64,000 bases of DNA from Candidatus Dormibacteria bacterium (GTDB lineage Bacteria > Chloroflexota > Dormibacteria > DASZGP01), in contig JBHEMS010000021.1 of the NCBI GenBank assembly GCA_046262455.1, forward strand, positions 38,429 to 102,428, read 5' to 3'. Positions 50,449-60,864 of this stretch are shown here, in pieces. Below the pieces are notes generated by a model. That model was not told where the DNA came from, searched no databases, and worked only from the letters and a program-made list of their open reading frames with translations. How positions within the stretch are numbered: the stretch's first letter is position 1; the number at the start of each line of letters is the position of its first letter. The position numbers were made by a program, and so were the translations under genes.

Positions 50449-52285
50449 TCGCACGAGCCACGGGCTCGGGCACTATCTCCCGCAGCTCGTCGATGGTCGC
50501 CTCGCGGACCCCGGCGAGGGAGCGGAACCGCTTGATCAGTCGCCGCTTGCGCGTCGATCCTATGCCCGGCACGGCGTCCAACGGTGACGCCAGGCGGTCC
50601 TTGCCGCGGGTATTGCGGTGGAAGGTGATGGCGAACCGGTGGGCCTCGTCCCGGATACGTTGCAGCAGGAACAGCCCGGGTGAGTCCAGCGGCAGCATGA
50701 TCGACCGGGAGCTGCCCGCCGGGTAGAGCTCCTCCTTGCGCTTGGCGAGGCCGAAGGTCGCGATCTGGTGCACTCCGAGCTGCTCCATGACCTCGCGCGC
50801 CGCACTGAGCTGACCCTTACCACCGTCGATAACGACCAGGTCGGGGAGGCTGTCGAAGCTGCCGTCCGCGTCCCGCTCCGCGTCGCCTTCGCGCGCACTG
50901 GCCAGCCTCGCAAACCGCCGGCGGAGCATCTCCTGCATCATCGCGAAGTCGTTCGAACCGCGCACGCCCTTGATGTGGAATCGCCGGTAGTGCGAGGTTT
51001 TCGGCCGACCGTCCTCGAACACCACCATCGAGCCGACCGGGTCGGTGCCCATGAGGTTGGAGATGTCGTAGCACTCGATGCGCCTGGGCAACCGGTCCAT
51101 GCCCAGGGCATCCTGCAGGTCGGACAGCAGCTTCTCAGCGCGCTCGTCGTCGTAGTCCTTCTTTATCGTCGCCTGCCGCAACGCCTCCTCGGCGTTGTTG
51201 CGCGCCATGTCCAGCAGTCGTACCCGGGCGCCACGGCGGGGAACCGCGACCTGTACCTGGGCGCGCCGCCGCTCGCTCAGGAACGACGACAGCGTGTCCG
51301 CGTCAGGCACGTCAACCGGGAGGAGGATCTCGCGAGGAAGGCTGGTGGCGTCGGCGTAGAACTGGCCCAGGAACCCGTTGAGCACCTCGGCCTCATCGCC
51401 CTCGCCGGCGCCCTCCAGCTCAAAGGCCTCCGAGCCCAGGACCTGCCCCTTGCGCACGGTCAGCACGGAGACCACGCTGCCCGTTTTGTTGCGCGACAAC
51501 CCCAGCACGTCGGTGTCGCGCGCCGACTGGGTGATCACCCACTGTTGTTGGGCAACGCGGTCAAGGGCCGCCAGGCGGTCGCGCAGCCGGGCGGCGCGCT
51601 CGAACTCGAGGGCGTCGGAGGCGGCCTGCATGTCCCCCCGAAGGCCCCGCACCAAGTCTCCCGAACGTCCCTCCATGAAGAGGCCGATCTGGTCCAGGTT
51701 GGCGTGGTACTCGGCGCTGGAGATCAGGTTTTCGCAGGGCCCGGCGCAGCGTTTGATGTGGTAGTCCAGACAGACGTGGCCACGCTTGAAAATTTCATCC
51801 GAGCACGTGCGATAGGGAAATACCCGGCGCAGCGTCTTCATGGTGCTTCGCAGCGCCTTGGCGTTGGTGAATGGCCCGTAGTACCGCCCGCCGTCGTCAT
51901 TCACGCGCCGCACCGTGTAGATGCGCGGGAAGGCGCCCGAGCGCGGCACCTTCATGTACAGGTAGTTCTTGTCGTCCCGCAGGCGCACGTTGTAACGCGG
52001 TTGGTAGCGCTTGATTAGCGTGTTCTCGAGGATCAGCGCCTCCTGCTCGGACGCGCACGTCAGCACGTCGAAGTCGAAGATTTTTCCCACCAGCCGGGCG
52101 GTCCGAGGATGCAGCGGTTCTGACGTCTGAAAGTAGCTCCGCAGACGGCTGCGGAGGTTCGAAGACTTGCCGACATAGATGACCCGTGTGCGGGCGTCGC
52201 GCATCACGTAAACGCCGTGACTGGCGGGCGCGTTCCTGAGCCGCTCCTTCAGGAGCTCGGGGCGCTCCCGAAGCAGTTCGGTCAC
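50432..52285 (-). CDS. uvrC: Excinuclease ABC subunit C
   Basis: GIY-YIG N-terminus (...GVYVMRDARTRVIYVGKSSNLRSRLRSYF...), UvrBC-interaction and RNaseH-like endonuclease domains, and C-terminal HhH. The start is assigned to the GTG at 52285 (VTELLRERPELL...). The ORF-track start at 52477 overlaps uvrA. Confidence 0.9.
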   Translation of the reverse strand: MTELLRERPELLKERLRNAPASHGVYVMRDARTRVIYVGKSSNLRSRLRSYFQTSEPLHPRTARLVGKIFDFDVLTCASEQEALILENTLIKRYQPRYNVRLRDDKNYLYMKVPRSGAFPRIYTVRRVNDDGGRYYGPFTNAKALRSTMKTLRRVFPYRTCSDEIFKRGHVCLDYHIKRCAGPCENLISSAEYHANLDQIGLFMEGRSGDLVRGLRGDMQAASDALEFERAARLRDRLAALDRVAQQQWVITQSARDTDVLGLSRNKTGSVVSVLTVRKGQVLGSEAFELEGAGEGDEAEVLNGFLGQFYADATSLPREILLPVDVPDADTLSSFLSERRRAQVQVAVPRRGARVRLLDMARNNAEEALRQATIKKDYDDERAEKLLSDLQDALGMDRLPRRIECYDISNLMGTDPVGSMVVFEDGRPKTSHYRRFHIKGVRGSNDFAMMQEMLRRRFARLASAREGDAERDADGSFDSLPDLVVIDGGKGQLSAAREVMEQLGVHQIATFGLAKRKEELYPAGSSRSIMLPLDSPGLFLLQRIRDEAHRFAITFHRNTRGKDRLASPLDAVPGIGSTRKRRLIKRFRSLAGVREATIDELREIVPEPVARAIKEQV

Positions 52286-52325
52286 AGGGGCGTCCGCGGG
52301 CCTCGGCAGCCGGATCCCTGCGCGG

Positions 52326-55229
52326 TCAGGCCGGTTGCTTGGTGGCGGAAGGCTGCTCCAAGTACGGCTGGAGGTACTGCCCGGTGTACGAGCCGGGCTT
52401 CGTCGCCACCTGCTCCGGGGTCCCCTCGGCGACGATCTCTCCTCCCCTGTCGCCCCCCTCGGGGCCGAGGTCGACAACCCAGTCCGCGGTCTTGAGGACG
52501 TCGAGGTTGTGCTCGATCACGAGCACCGTATTGCCGCGATCAACCAGCCGGTGCAGCACCCTGAGCAGTCGCTCGATATCGGCGAAATGAAGACCGGTGG
52601 TCGGCTCGTCGAGGATGTAGAAGGTCATGCCCGTGTCCCGCCGGGAGAGCTCCGTCGAGAGCTTGACCCGCTGGGCCTCACCGCCGGAGAGCGTCGTCGC
52701 GGGCTGGCCGAGCCGGATGTACCCGAGACCCACCTCGTTGAGGGTCTCCAGCTTCCTGGCAATCCTGGGAATGTTCTGGAAGAGGTCGAGGGCCTCGGCG
52801 ACCGACATGTCCAGCACGTCGGAGATGCTGTGGCCCTTGAACCGCACTTCCAGCGCCTCGCGGTTGTAGCGCTTGCCCTTGCAGACCTCGCACGGGACGT
52901 AGACATCGGGAAGGAAGTTCATCTCGATCTTGATCATCCCGTCGCCCTGGCAGGCCTCGCACCTGCCTCCCTTGACGTTGAACGAGAACCGCCCCGGTGT
53001 GTAGCCCCGCTCGCGCGCCTCTGGCAGCGTTGCGAACAGCTCGCGGATGTACGTGAACACGCCGACGTAGGTCGCCGGGTTGGAGCGCGGTGTCCGCCCG
53101 ATCGGCGACTGGTCCACGTCGATCACCTTGTCCAGGTGGTCGAGTCCACTGATCCCCCTGTGCTTTCCAGGGCGTTCCTTGGCGCGGAAAAAATGCTGGT
53201 TGAGAGCGCGGTAGAGGATGTCGTTGACCAGGGTCGACTTGCCCGAACCGCTGACCCCAGACACGCAGATAAAGGCCCCCAGCGGGAAGCCGACGGTGAC
53301 CTCCTTGAGGTTGTTCTCGGTGGCGCCGCGAACCACCAGGCGCTTGCCTGAGCCCTTGCGCCGGCGTGGCGGCAGGGGGATCGCGCGCTCGCCCCGCAGG
53401 AACTGCGCGGTGGTGGAGTCCTTGGCGCGCAGCAGCTCCGCATACGTGCCGCTGAAGACGATCCGGCCGCCGTGCTCGCCGGCCCCCGGCCCAATGTCCA
53501 CCACCCAGTCGGCGTGGCGCATGGTCTCCTCATCGTGCTCCACCACGATCAGCGTGTTGCCGAGACCGCGCAGCCGCTCGAGGGTGTTGATCAATTTGCG
53601 GTTGTCACGCTGGTGGAGCCCGATGGACGGCTCATCGAGGACGTACAGGACTCCCATCAGCCGCGAGCCGATCTGGGTAGCCAGCCGAATCCGCTGCGCC
53701 TCGCCGCCGCTCAGCGTGGGCGTGGTGCGGTTCAGGGTCAGGTACTGAAGACCCACATCCACCATGAACCCAAGACGCTCCTGGATCTCCTTGCGGATCT
53801 GGATCGCGATCGTCTCCTCGCGCTCGCTCAGGCTCAGCTCGGCGAAAAAGCGGTCCGCGTCGGCCACGGAGAGGTCACACAGCTCGCTGATGTTCTTGCC
53901 GCCGACGGTGACGGCCAGCGCCTCCGGCTTGAGCCGGCGGCCTTCGCAGCGTGGGCACGGCCGCGTCACCATGAGGCGCTCGATCTCCTGCTTGACCCAC
54001 TCCGACTCCGTCTCCTTGTATCGACGGTCAAGCGCCGTCACGACCCCCTCCACGGTGGCGCGCTTGAACTTGATCCGGCCGAAGCGGTTCCTGACCGACT
54101 TCTTGCCGTCGAAGTCGTTGCTGCCGTAGAGCAGGAAGTCGACGTCCTCGCGGGGAAGCTCGGCGATGGGCCTCGAGGTGCTGATGCCATAGCGCCGGGC
54201 AACCCACTCGGCGTGCTCGGTGTAGTAGACGCCGGACCGCCCAAAGGTCTGGAAGGCGCCGTCACGAATCGACAGTGAGTGGTCCGGGAGGACCGCGTCG
54301 GGATCGATCTCCAGCTTGGTGCCCAGGCCGGTGCACTCGGGGCAGGCACCGTGGGGGCTGTTGAAGGAGAAGTTGCGCGGCTGCGGCTCCTCCAGGCCGG
54401 TGCTGCCATGGACGGGACATGCGTAGGACAGCGAGAAGAGCTGCTCGGCCTCGGCGCGCGCCCCCTTGAGCTGCTTACGCTTTGATGCTTTGGCCTCCAC
54501 GGTCGGCGACTCCACCGGAACCACCAGCAGCGCGCCCTGCGACATCCTGGTGGCGGTCTCGATGGACTCGGTCAGCCGCGACCTCGAGTCCGGGTCGACC
54601 ACCAACCGGTCGACGACCACCTCGATGTCGTGCTTGTAGTTCTTGTCGAGGTCGATGGTCTCCTCCAGCTCGTGCGTGACGCCGTCCACGCGGACGCGCA
54701 CGAAACCCGCTTTGCGCGCCCCGTCGAGCACGTCCGCGTGCTCGCCCTTGCGGCCGATGACGACCGGGGCCAGGAGCATGATCCGCTGCCCCACCGGCAG
54801 TGCCAGCACCTGGTCGGTCACCTGGTCGACGGTCTGCCGGGCGATGGGCCGCCCACACTGCGGGCAGTGAGGATGCCCCACTCGGGCGTAAAGCAGGCGC
54901 AGGTAGTCATAGATCTCGGTCACGGTGGCAACCGTCGACCTGGGGTTGCGGCTGCTGCCCTTCTGGTCGATGGAGATCGCCGGTGAGAGCCCGTCGATCT
55001 GGTCCACGTCGGGTTTCTCCATCTGGCCCAGGAACTGGCGGGCGTAGGCGCTCAGCGATTCGACGTACCGGCGCTGACCCTCGGCATAGATCGTGTCAAA
55101 GGCGAGCGAGGACTTCCCGGAGCCCGAGAGGCCGGTGAAAACCACCAGCTTGTCGCGGGGAATCTCGAGATGGACGTCCTTGAGGTTGTGCTCGCGTGCG
55201 CCACGAACAACGATGCTGTCGGAAGACAT
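52326..55229 (-). CDS. uvrA: Excinuclease ABC subunit A
   Basis: [55 protein letters not shown]...: two ABC ATPase modules with zinc-finger insertions. Start at the ATG at 55229. Confidence 0.93.
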   Translation of the reverse strand: MSSDSIVVRGAREHNLKDVHLEIPRDKLVVFTGLSGSGKSSLAFDTIYAEGQRRYVESLSAYARQFLGQMEKPDVDQIDGLSPAISIDQKGSSRNPRSTVATVTEIYDYLRLLYARVGHPHCPQCGRPIARQTVDQVTDQVLALPVGQRIMLLAPVVIGRKGEHADVLDGARKAGFVRVRVDGVTHELEETIDLDKNYKHDIEVVVDRLVVDPDSRSRLTESIETATRMSQGALLVVPVESPTVEAKASKRKQLKGARAEAEQLFSLSYACPVHGSTGLEEPQPRNFSFNSPHGACPECTGLGTKLEIDPDAVLPDHSLSIRDGAFQTFGRSGVYYTEHAEWVARRYGISTSRPIAELPREDVDFLLYGSNDFDGKKSVRNRFGRIKFKRATVEGVVTALDRRYKETESEWVKQEIERLMVTRPCPRCEGRRLKPEALAVTVGGKNISELCDLSVADADRFFAELSLSEREETIAIQIRKEIQERLGFMVDVGLQYLTLNRTTPTLSGGEAQRIRLATQIGSRLMGVLYVLDEPSIGLHQRDNRKLINTLERLRGLGNTLIVVEHDEETMRHADWVVDIGPGAGEHGGRIVFSGTYAELLRAKDSTTAQFLRGERAIPLPPRRRKGSGKRLVVRGATENNLKEVTVGFPLGAFICVSGVSGSGKSTLVNDILYRALNQHFFRAKERPGKHRGISGLDHLDKVIDVDQSPIGRTPRSNPATYVGVFTYIRELFATLPEARERGYTPGRFSFNVKGGRCEACQGDGMIKIEMNFLPDVYVPCEVCKGKRYNREALEVRFKGHSISDVLDMSVAEALDLFQNIPRIARKLETLNEVGLGYIRLGQPATTLSGGEAQRVKLSTELSRRDTGMTFYILDEPTTGLHFADIERLLRVLHRLVDRGNTVLVIEHNLDVLKTADWVVDLGPEGGDRGGEIVAEGTPEQVATKPGSYTGQYLQPYLEQPSATKQPA

Positions 55230-55267
55230 TTGGGTACTGGAAAGTCTAGGCTCGCCGTCCTCCGAAG

Positions 55268-55978
55268 CTAACGCTTCAGCAGGCGCCAGCGGAGACCCCC
55301 ACGGTGCAGCACGAAGCGGCCCAGGCACCACATGGTCTTGAGCCCGTAGATCGTGCTGACCCGGAAGTTGATGGAGGACGCCTCAGCGAAGTAGCGCGTC
55401 CTCACCGGGACCTCGCCGACCTTCATGCCAAAGGCGGCCGCCTGGATCAACACCTGGGTGTCGAAGACGAAATCGTTCGAGTTCCGCAAAAAGGGCACGG
55501 ACTCGAGAAAGTGCCGGCTGTACGCCCGGTAGCCGGTGTGGTACTCGCTCAGACCCAGCCCCAGCACCGCGTTCTCGCAGGCAGTCAGGAACCGGTTCGC
55601 GACCAGCTTCCACCACGGCATCCCGCCTGCCCGGGCCTGGCCGCGCTCGGCGAAGCGCGAACCCATGACGAGGTCACAGCCACCCTCGCGCACCCTGGCG
55701 ATCATCTGGGCCAGGATCGCGGGGTCGTACTGCCCGTCCGGGTGGAGCATCACGACCACGTCCGCACCCTGGCGCAGGGCCTCCATGTAGCACGTTTTCT
55801 GGTTCCCCCCGTAGCCGACGTTGTGAGGATGCCTGATCACCGTCAGGTCCAAGGACTCGGCCACGCTGACGGTGTTGTCGCGACTGGCGTCGTCGACGAC
55901 GATCACGATGTCGGCCACCCCGGAGGGAATCTCGGCGATGGTCGCGCCGAGGGTCGTGGCGGCGTTGTACGCGGGCAT
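55268..55978 (-). CDS. Family 2 glycosyltransferase (polyprenol-phosphate sugar synthase-like, e.g. Ppm/DPM-type)
   Basis: ...[19 protein letters not shown]...[13 protein letters not shown]...[22 protein letters not shown]...: GT2 DxD and Rossmann signatures. About 237 aa, soluble. Confidence 0.75.
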   Translation of the reverse strand: MPAYNAATTLGATIAEIPSGVADIVIVVDDASRDNTVSVAESLDLTVIRHPHNVGYGGNQKTCYMEALRQGADVVVMLHPDGQYDPAILAQMIARVREGGCDLVMGSRFAERGQARAGGMPWWKLVANRFLTACENAVLGLGLSEYHTGYRAYSRHFLESVPFLRNSNDFVFDTQVLIQAAAFGMKVGEVPVRTRYFAEASSINFRVSTIYGLKTMWCLGRFVLHRGGLRWRLLKR

Positions 55979-56028
55979 CACCACCACCGCGCGACGGCCG
56001 TGGGGCGGGGGCGCCGTGCCGCTCGTCA

Positions 56029-58119
56029 CTAGCGCCCGGGCCGGCGGGCGCGGGACCATCGGCCACGTGCGGGGCGCCCCGCGCCGACGGCCGCCGACTC
56101 CCGAGCCCCCGCCGCCGAGGCCTCAGGGGCGCCGGCGCCGGTCGCGCTTTCGAACGCCTCCTTGCGCAGGGCCATCAGCTGGTCCCGCAATGCGGCAGCC
56201 CGCTCGAACTGCAGGTCCCGCGCGGCCTTGCCCATCTCGCGCTCCAGCTTGCGCGCCAGCTTCACCAGCTCATCCGGTGGCAGACCCGCCTTGGCCTCGT
56301 ACTCGGCGGCCTCCTCGGCGACCTGCTGCTTGTGGGTGTCGATGTTGTAGATCGCTTTCTTGATGCCGGCCGCGGTGATCCCGTGCTCGATGTTGTACGC
56401 GACCTGCATGGCGCGGCGGCGGTTGGTTTCGCCGATGGCCTTCTCCATGGCGTCGCTGTGCTTGTCCGCATACATGACGACCCGGCCCTCGAGGTGGCGG
56501 GCGGCCCGACCGATCGTCTGGATCAGCGAGCGGTAGCCGCGGAGGTAGCCCTCCTTGTCGGCGTCGAGGATGGCGATGAAGGCGACCTCTGGCAGGTCAA
56601 GGCCCTCCCGCAGGAGGTTGATCCCCACCAGCACGTCGAAGGCACCCAGGCGGAGGTCGCGAAGAATGTCGACGCGCTCCAGCGTGTCGATGTCCGAGTG
56701 CAGGTAGTTCACGCGCACGTCCATCTCGCGCAGGTACTCGGTGAGGTCCTCCGCCATCCGCTTGGTGAGCGTGGTGACCAGGACCCGGTGATTCTTCTTG
56801 ACCTCCTTGCGGATCTCGCTGACGAGGTCGTCGACCTGGCCCTCGGTGGGGCGGACCTCGACCTCAGGATCTATCAGGCCGGTGGGTCGGACGATCTGCT
56901 CCACCACCTGCTGCGACCGTCTCTCCTCATAGTCGCCGGGCGTCGCCGAGGTGTAGATCAACTGGGTGACGCGCTCGTTCCACTCGTTGAAGTCGAGCGG
57001 ACGGTTATCCAGGGCGGATGGCAGACGGAACCCGTACTCCACCAATGGCACCTTGCGGCTGCGGTCACCGCCGTACATACCGCCGATCTGCGGTACCGAA
57101 ACGTGGCTCTCGTCGACAACGATCAGGGCATCGTGCGGCAGGTAGTCCATGAGCGTGAAGGGCGCCTCACCCGGCTGGCGGCCGGACAGGTGGCGGGAGT
57201 AGTTCTCGATACCCGGGCAGCTACCCGTCTCGCGCATCATCTCCAGGTCGAACATCGTGCGCTGCCGCAGGCGTTGCGCCTCAAGTAGCTTGCCCTGCTG
57301 GTCGAAGTAGCGGCAACGGTCCTCGAGCTCCTCCTCGATGGCGCCGAAAGCGTCACGCATCTTGGCCTGGCTGGTGATGTACTGGCCCGCAGGGAAGAGA
57401 CGCAACTCGGGCTTCTCCCCCAGGATCTCCCCCGTCAGGGGGTCAAACTCGAGGATTCGCTCGACCTCGTCGCCGAAGAACTCCAGCCGGGTGGCGATCT
57501 CCTCGTAGGCCGGCTGCACGTCGACGATGTCGCCGCGAACCCGGAAGCGGGAGCGTCCGAAGTCCGTGTCGTGTCGCTCATACATCAATTGGACGAGCTT
57601 TCGCTGCAGGATGTCCCGGCGGATGGCGTCGCCCTTCTTGAGCTCGAGCGACTCACCCAGCCAGTCTTCGGGGGCGCCGATGCCGTAGATGCAGGACACG
57701 CTGGCGACCACGATGACGTCGCGCCGGGTCAGCAGGGCGCGCATCGCGCTGGTGCGCAGGCGGTCGATCTCGTCGTTCCGCGTGGAGTCCTTTTCGATAT
57801 ACGTGTCGGTGCGCGGGATGTACGCCTCGGGCTGGTAGTAGTCGTAGAAGCTGACGAAGTACTCGACGGCGTTGTTGGGGAAGAACTGGCGGAACTCCGA
57901 GGTGAGCTGCGCGGCAAGGGTCTTGTTGGGCGCCATCACCAACGTTGGCTTCTGGACGGCCTGGACGACATTGGCCACGGTGAAGGTCTTGCCGCTCCCG
58001 GTCACCCCCAGCAGGGTCTGCTCGCGGTGCCCTGCCTCCACCCCCGCGATCAGCCGCTCGATGGCGCGCGGTTGGTCGCCGGTGGGCCCGAAGGCAGACT
58101 CGATCCGGAAAGGCGCCAC
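56029..58119 (-). CDS. uvrB: Excinuclease ABC subunit B
   Basis: [51 protein letters not shown]...: helicase motifs, beta-hairpin, and C-terminal UVR domain. Confidence 0.93.
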   Translation of the reverse strand: MAPFRIESAFGPTGDQPRAIERLIAGVEAGHREQTLLGVTGSGKTFTVANVVQAVQKPTLVMAPNKTLAAQLTSEFRQFFPNNAVEYFVSFYDYYQPEAYIPRTDTYIEKDSTRNDEIDRLRTSAMRALLTRRDVIVVASVSCIYGIGAPEDWLGESLELKKGDAIRRDILQRKLVQLMYERHDTDFGRSRFRVRGDIVDVQPAYEEIATRLEFFGDEVERILEFDPLTGEILGEKPELRLFPAGQYITSQAKMRDAFGAIEEELEDRCRYFDQQGKLLEAQRLRQRTMFDLEMMRETGSCPGIENYSRHLSGRQPGEAPFTLMDYLPHDALIVVDESHVSVPQIGGMYGGDRSRKVPLVEYGFRLPSALDNRPLDFNEWNERVTQLIYTSATPGDYEERRSQQVVEQIVRPTGLIDPEVEVRPTEGQVDDLVSEIRKEVKKNHRVLVTTLTKRMAEDLTEYLREMDVRVNYLHSDIDTLERVDILRDLRLGAFDVLVGINLLREGLDLPEVAFIAILDADKEGYLRGYRSLIQTIGRAARHLEGRVVMYADKHSDAMEKAIGETNRRRAMQVAYNIEHGITAAGIKKAIYNIDTHKQQVAEEAAEYEAKAGLPPDELVKLARKLEREMGKAARDLQFERAAALRDQLMALRKEAFESATGAGAPEASAAGARESAAVGAGRPARGRWSRARRPGR

Positions 58120-58128
58120 TGGTTTAGG

Positions 58129-59334
58129 TTACCCACGCGGCAGCGAGGCCAGGCAGGCCAGCCACAGCAGGAGCTCGCCGAGGGTGGGCATCGATCCCGC
58201 GACCAGGGCGCTCACGACGTACGGGGCGTGCAGCGCCGAGAAGACGACGAGCCATGGGAAGGCGGGCAGCCAGAGAAGGAGGTACGCCGCCACGAGGACG
58301 CGCCGCAGGCGGGGAGCCTGGGCAAGTGAGGGCGTCAGAAGGGCGAGTGCCAGCATCTCGGTGATGAGGTGATGGTCCCAGGTGAGCGTGCTGGCCAGCG
58401 GGATCACCGCCAGCAGCGACGCGAATACCGCGAGCCGCCCCACGTGTCCCTCGACCCGTGACCCACGCCACCAGGTCAGGCCGATGAGCCCCAGCACCGC
58501 GATGGCAGTCAGGATTCTGCCGGGCGTCGTAACCCCACCGAGCAGGACGAGCTGCGCCCGCTGCGACACCGCCGGCAGCGATTGGTTGCCATAGATCTCC
58601 GGGCTGCCGGTCGTGAAACCGGGCAACACGCGGACGAAGAACTCGGCAGTGTAGGGCGTCAGGAGCCACAGCGACAGCACGATCGCGACGCCTGCAGCGG
58701 TGAATGTGGCAGCAGCGGCCAGCAATCGCGGCCGCCGGTCCCATCGCACAAAGCCGATCGCAAGCAGCACCGGCAGGGGCTTCACCAGGGTGGCGGCGGC
58801 CACCGCGACGCCGGCCCAGCCCGCCTGCCTTTGGCGCGCGTATGAGCTGGCCGCCAGGGCGAGAAGGAACACCATGAGCACGCCCACCTGTCCCTGGTCC
58901 ATGGCCACCACGACCGGTCGAAATGCCAGGGTCAGCGAAAAAAGGGCGAGCAGCACCGGGCCCCCGACGCGCCCGCGCAGCGTCCGCCAGGTTACGAAGA
59001 TCGCCGCGCCCAGCATCAACTCGTTGACGCCCAGCCAGACTCGGTTCGCGACGCCCAGGGGAAGGCCGGACAGGGGTCGGACCAGTTCGGCGACCAGGGG
59101 CGGGTAGTTGAACCCATCGTTGCGGACCACGCCGTGGCAGCAGCGGAGTGTGGCCGTGTAGGGATCTCGGCCCGCCGAGACGTCCTGCGCCGCCAGCCAG
59201 TAGTTGCGGAAGTCGCTGGCGGGGTAACCGTGGACCAGCTGCCCCGCGGCGCGGATGATCCACCAGCCCAGCACGGCCACGGCAATTACCAGGAGCACCA
59301 TGTCGCGACCCTGGCGCTCGCCGAAAGCTGACAC
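58129..59334 (-). CDS. Polytopic membrane glycosyltransferase-like protein (DUF2029/GT87-like, polyprenol-phosphate-sugar dependent mannosyltransferase family candidate)
   Basis: 401 aa with about 10 TM helices. An N-terminal loop with conserved acidic and aromatic residues (...DFRNYWLAAQDVSAGRDPY..., ...RNDGFNYPPL...), as in GT-C-fold DUF2029 proteins. Confidence 0.5.
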   Translation of the reverse strand: MSAFGERQGRDMVLLVIAVAVLGWWIIRAAGQLVHGYPASDFRNYWLAAQDVSAGRDPYTATLRCCHGVVRNDGFNYPPLVAELVRPLSGLPLGVANRVWLGVNELMLGAAIFVTWRTLRGRVGGPVLLALFSLTLAFRPVVVAMDQGQVGVLMVFLLALAASSYARQRQAGWAGVAVAAATLVKPLPVLLAIGFVRWDRRPRLLAAAATFTAAGVAIVLSLWLLTPYTAEFFVRVLPGFTTGSPEIYGNQSLPAVSQRAQLVLLGGVTTPGRILTAIAVLGLIGLTWWRGSRVEGHVGRLAVFASLLAVIPLASTLTWDHHLITEMLALALLTPSLAQAPRLRRVLVAAYLLLWLPAFPWLVVFSALHAPYVVSALVAGSMPTLGELLLWLACLASLPRG

Positions 59335-60003
59335 CTAGTGGGCCTCCGCCTCGCCGACGCTGGCGGCAGGGGCGACGGCGAGGCACAACGCCAGGCCGAT
59401 TCCACCCAGCAGGATTCCGCCTGCGACATCGGCGGGCCAGTGCTCGCCGAGGTAGACCCGACTGTACCCGATGATCCCGACCGCGAGTACGCAGACCCAA
59501 AGCCAAACCGCCTGCCGGGTGCGCCGCGCGAGTCGCAGGGCGATGAGGCCAAGCACCAGGGCGACGCGGGTCATGTGCCCGCTGGGAAAGGCGCCCGGGG
59601 TGACCAGGCCCAGGCCCAGGTGATTGTGCAGGCGCAGGAACCGCTCCGGCGGCCCGGGCTGGCCGATGACCTCCTTCGCGACGACCTCGATGAGGTTGAG
59701 CATGGCGAAGATCGCCAGCGGTACCCACCGCGCCCATCGCAGGGGCCGCGATGCGCGCGTGGTGAGGACAAGAACGAGCATGGTCAGCGTCGTCACCTCG
59801 ACCGAGGCGGTGGCTGAAAGCAGGGCCATAACAACGTCCAGCGGGCGGCTGGCGGGGACCTGGGCCAGCAGCAACAGGAACCTGTCGCTGCGGTGGAGCG
59901 CCCCCTGGTTCACGGCAACCGCGAGCACACCCAGGACCACCGACAGGACCACGACCCAGGCGATACCGGCACGACGGATGATCGCGCTTGTCACCGCTGA
60001 CAC
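59335..60003 (-). CDS. PAP2-family membrane phosphatase (phosphatidic acid/undecaprenyl-pyrophosphate phosphatase-like)
   Basis: PAP2 signature motifs K-x6-RP region, PSGH (AFPSGHMTRVA) and SR-x5-H-x3-D (SRVYLGEHWPADV); 6 TM helices. Confidence 0.8.
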   Translation of the reverse strand: MSAVTSAIIRRAGIAWVVVLSVVLGVLAVAVNQGALHRSDRFLLLLAQVPASRPLDVVMALLSATASVEVTTLTMLVLVLTTRASRPLRWARWVPLAIFAMLNLIEVVAKEVIGQPGPPERFLRLHNHLGLGLVTPGAFPSGHMTRVALVLGLIALRLARRTRQAVWLWVCVLAVGIIGYSRVYLGEHWPADVAGGILLGGIGLALCLAVAPAASVGEAEAH

Positions 60004-60860
60004 CTCGGGCAGTACACCGTGGTCCGCCCGGCGACGACCGCCTTGCGCAGGACGGCCGCACAGCGGATGCAGGGAAGGCCCCCCCTGCCGTACACCAGCA
60101 GCCGCTCCTGGTTGCGCCCCACCTCGCCGTTGGCGTCGCGGTAGTCGTCAAAGGTCGTCCCACGCAGGTCCACCGCGCCGGCGAGCGCCTCGCCGATCGC
60201 CTCATAGAGTCGTCTGCGTCGGGCCGGGCCGAGCCGGGAGGCGACCGCCGTGGGGCGCACCCCGGCCCGAAAGCAGGCCTCGTCGGCATAGATGTTGCCC
60301 AGGCCGGCGACGGCCGCCTGGTCCAGCAGCAGGGCCTTGACCGCGCGCCGGGTGCGCCGCAGCGCGGTGTCGAACGCCGCCGGCGTGAGGCGGGTGGCGT
60401 ACTGCCCCCAGGCGCCGGGGTTGGCCTGGGCATTGGTGGTGGGCTCCGGTCCGAGAACCGGGAGGACCCCGGCTTGGGCGAGTTCCAACGGGGTCCCGAG
60501 CAGGACCCGGCCGAAGCGGCGGTAGTCCTGCATCCGGAACTCCTCCCCGGTCGACAGGAGCAGCCGCAGGTGGGTGTGTGGCGGCGGCTCGCTGTGGGGG
60601 GAGTGCAGACCGAGTCGGCCCGTCATCCCCAGGTGTAGGACGAGAAACTCGAGGTCGGGACCGTCGAGCTCGACGAGCATGAACTTGCCATGCCGCCCCA
60701 CGCGCGTGAGGTGGCGGCCGGTGATGCGGCGACGAAAATCTTCCCTTTCCGGGTAGCGCAGGACTCCCGGTTCTGCGACAACGGCCGCATGCACCTGGCG
60801 ACCCTCGAGCCGCGGACGCAGGTCGCGAACGATGGTCTCGACCTCCGGCAGCTCGGGCAC
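59991..60860 (-). CDS. mutM: Formamidopyrimidine-DNA glycosylase
   Basis: MPELPEVETIVRDL...: N-terminal Pro2-Glu3 catalytic motif, H2TH, and C-terminal C4 zinc finger (CIRCAAVLRK...CPRCQR). GTG start. Confidence 0.9.
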   Translation of the reverse strand: MPELPEVETIVRDLRPRLEGRQVHAAVVAEPGVLRYPEREDFRRRITGRHLTRVGRHGKFMLVELDGPDLEFLVLHLGMTGRLGLHSPHSEPPPHTHLRLLLSTGEEFRMQDYRRFGRVLLGTPLELAQAGVLPVLGPEPTTNAQANPGAWGQYATRLTPAAFDTALRRTRRAVKALLLDQAAVAGLGNIYADEACFRAGVRPTAVASRLGPARRRRLYEAIGEALAGAVDLRGTTFDDYRDANGEVGRNQERLLVYGRGGLPCIRCAAVLRKAVVAGRTTVYCPRCQR

Positions 60861-60864
60861 GCGC

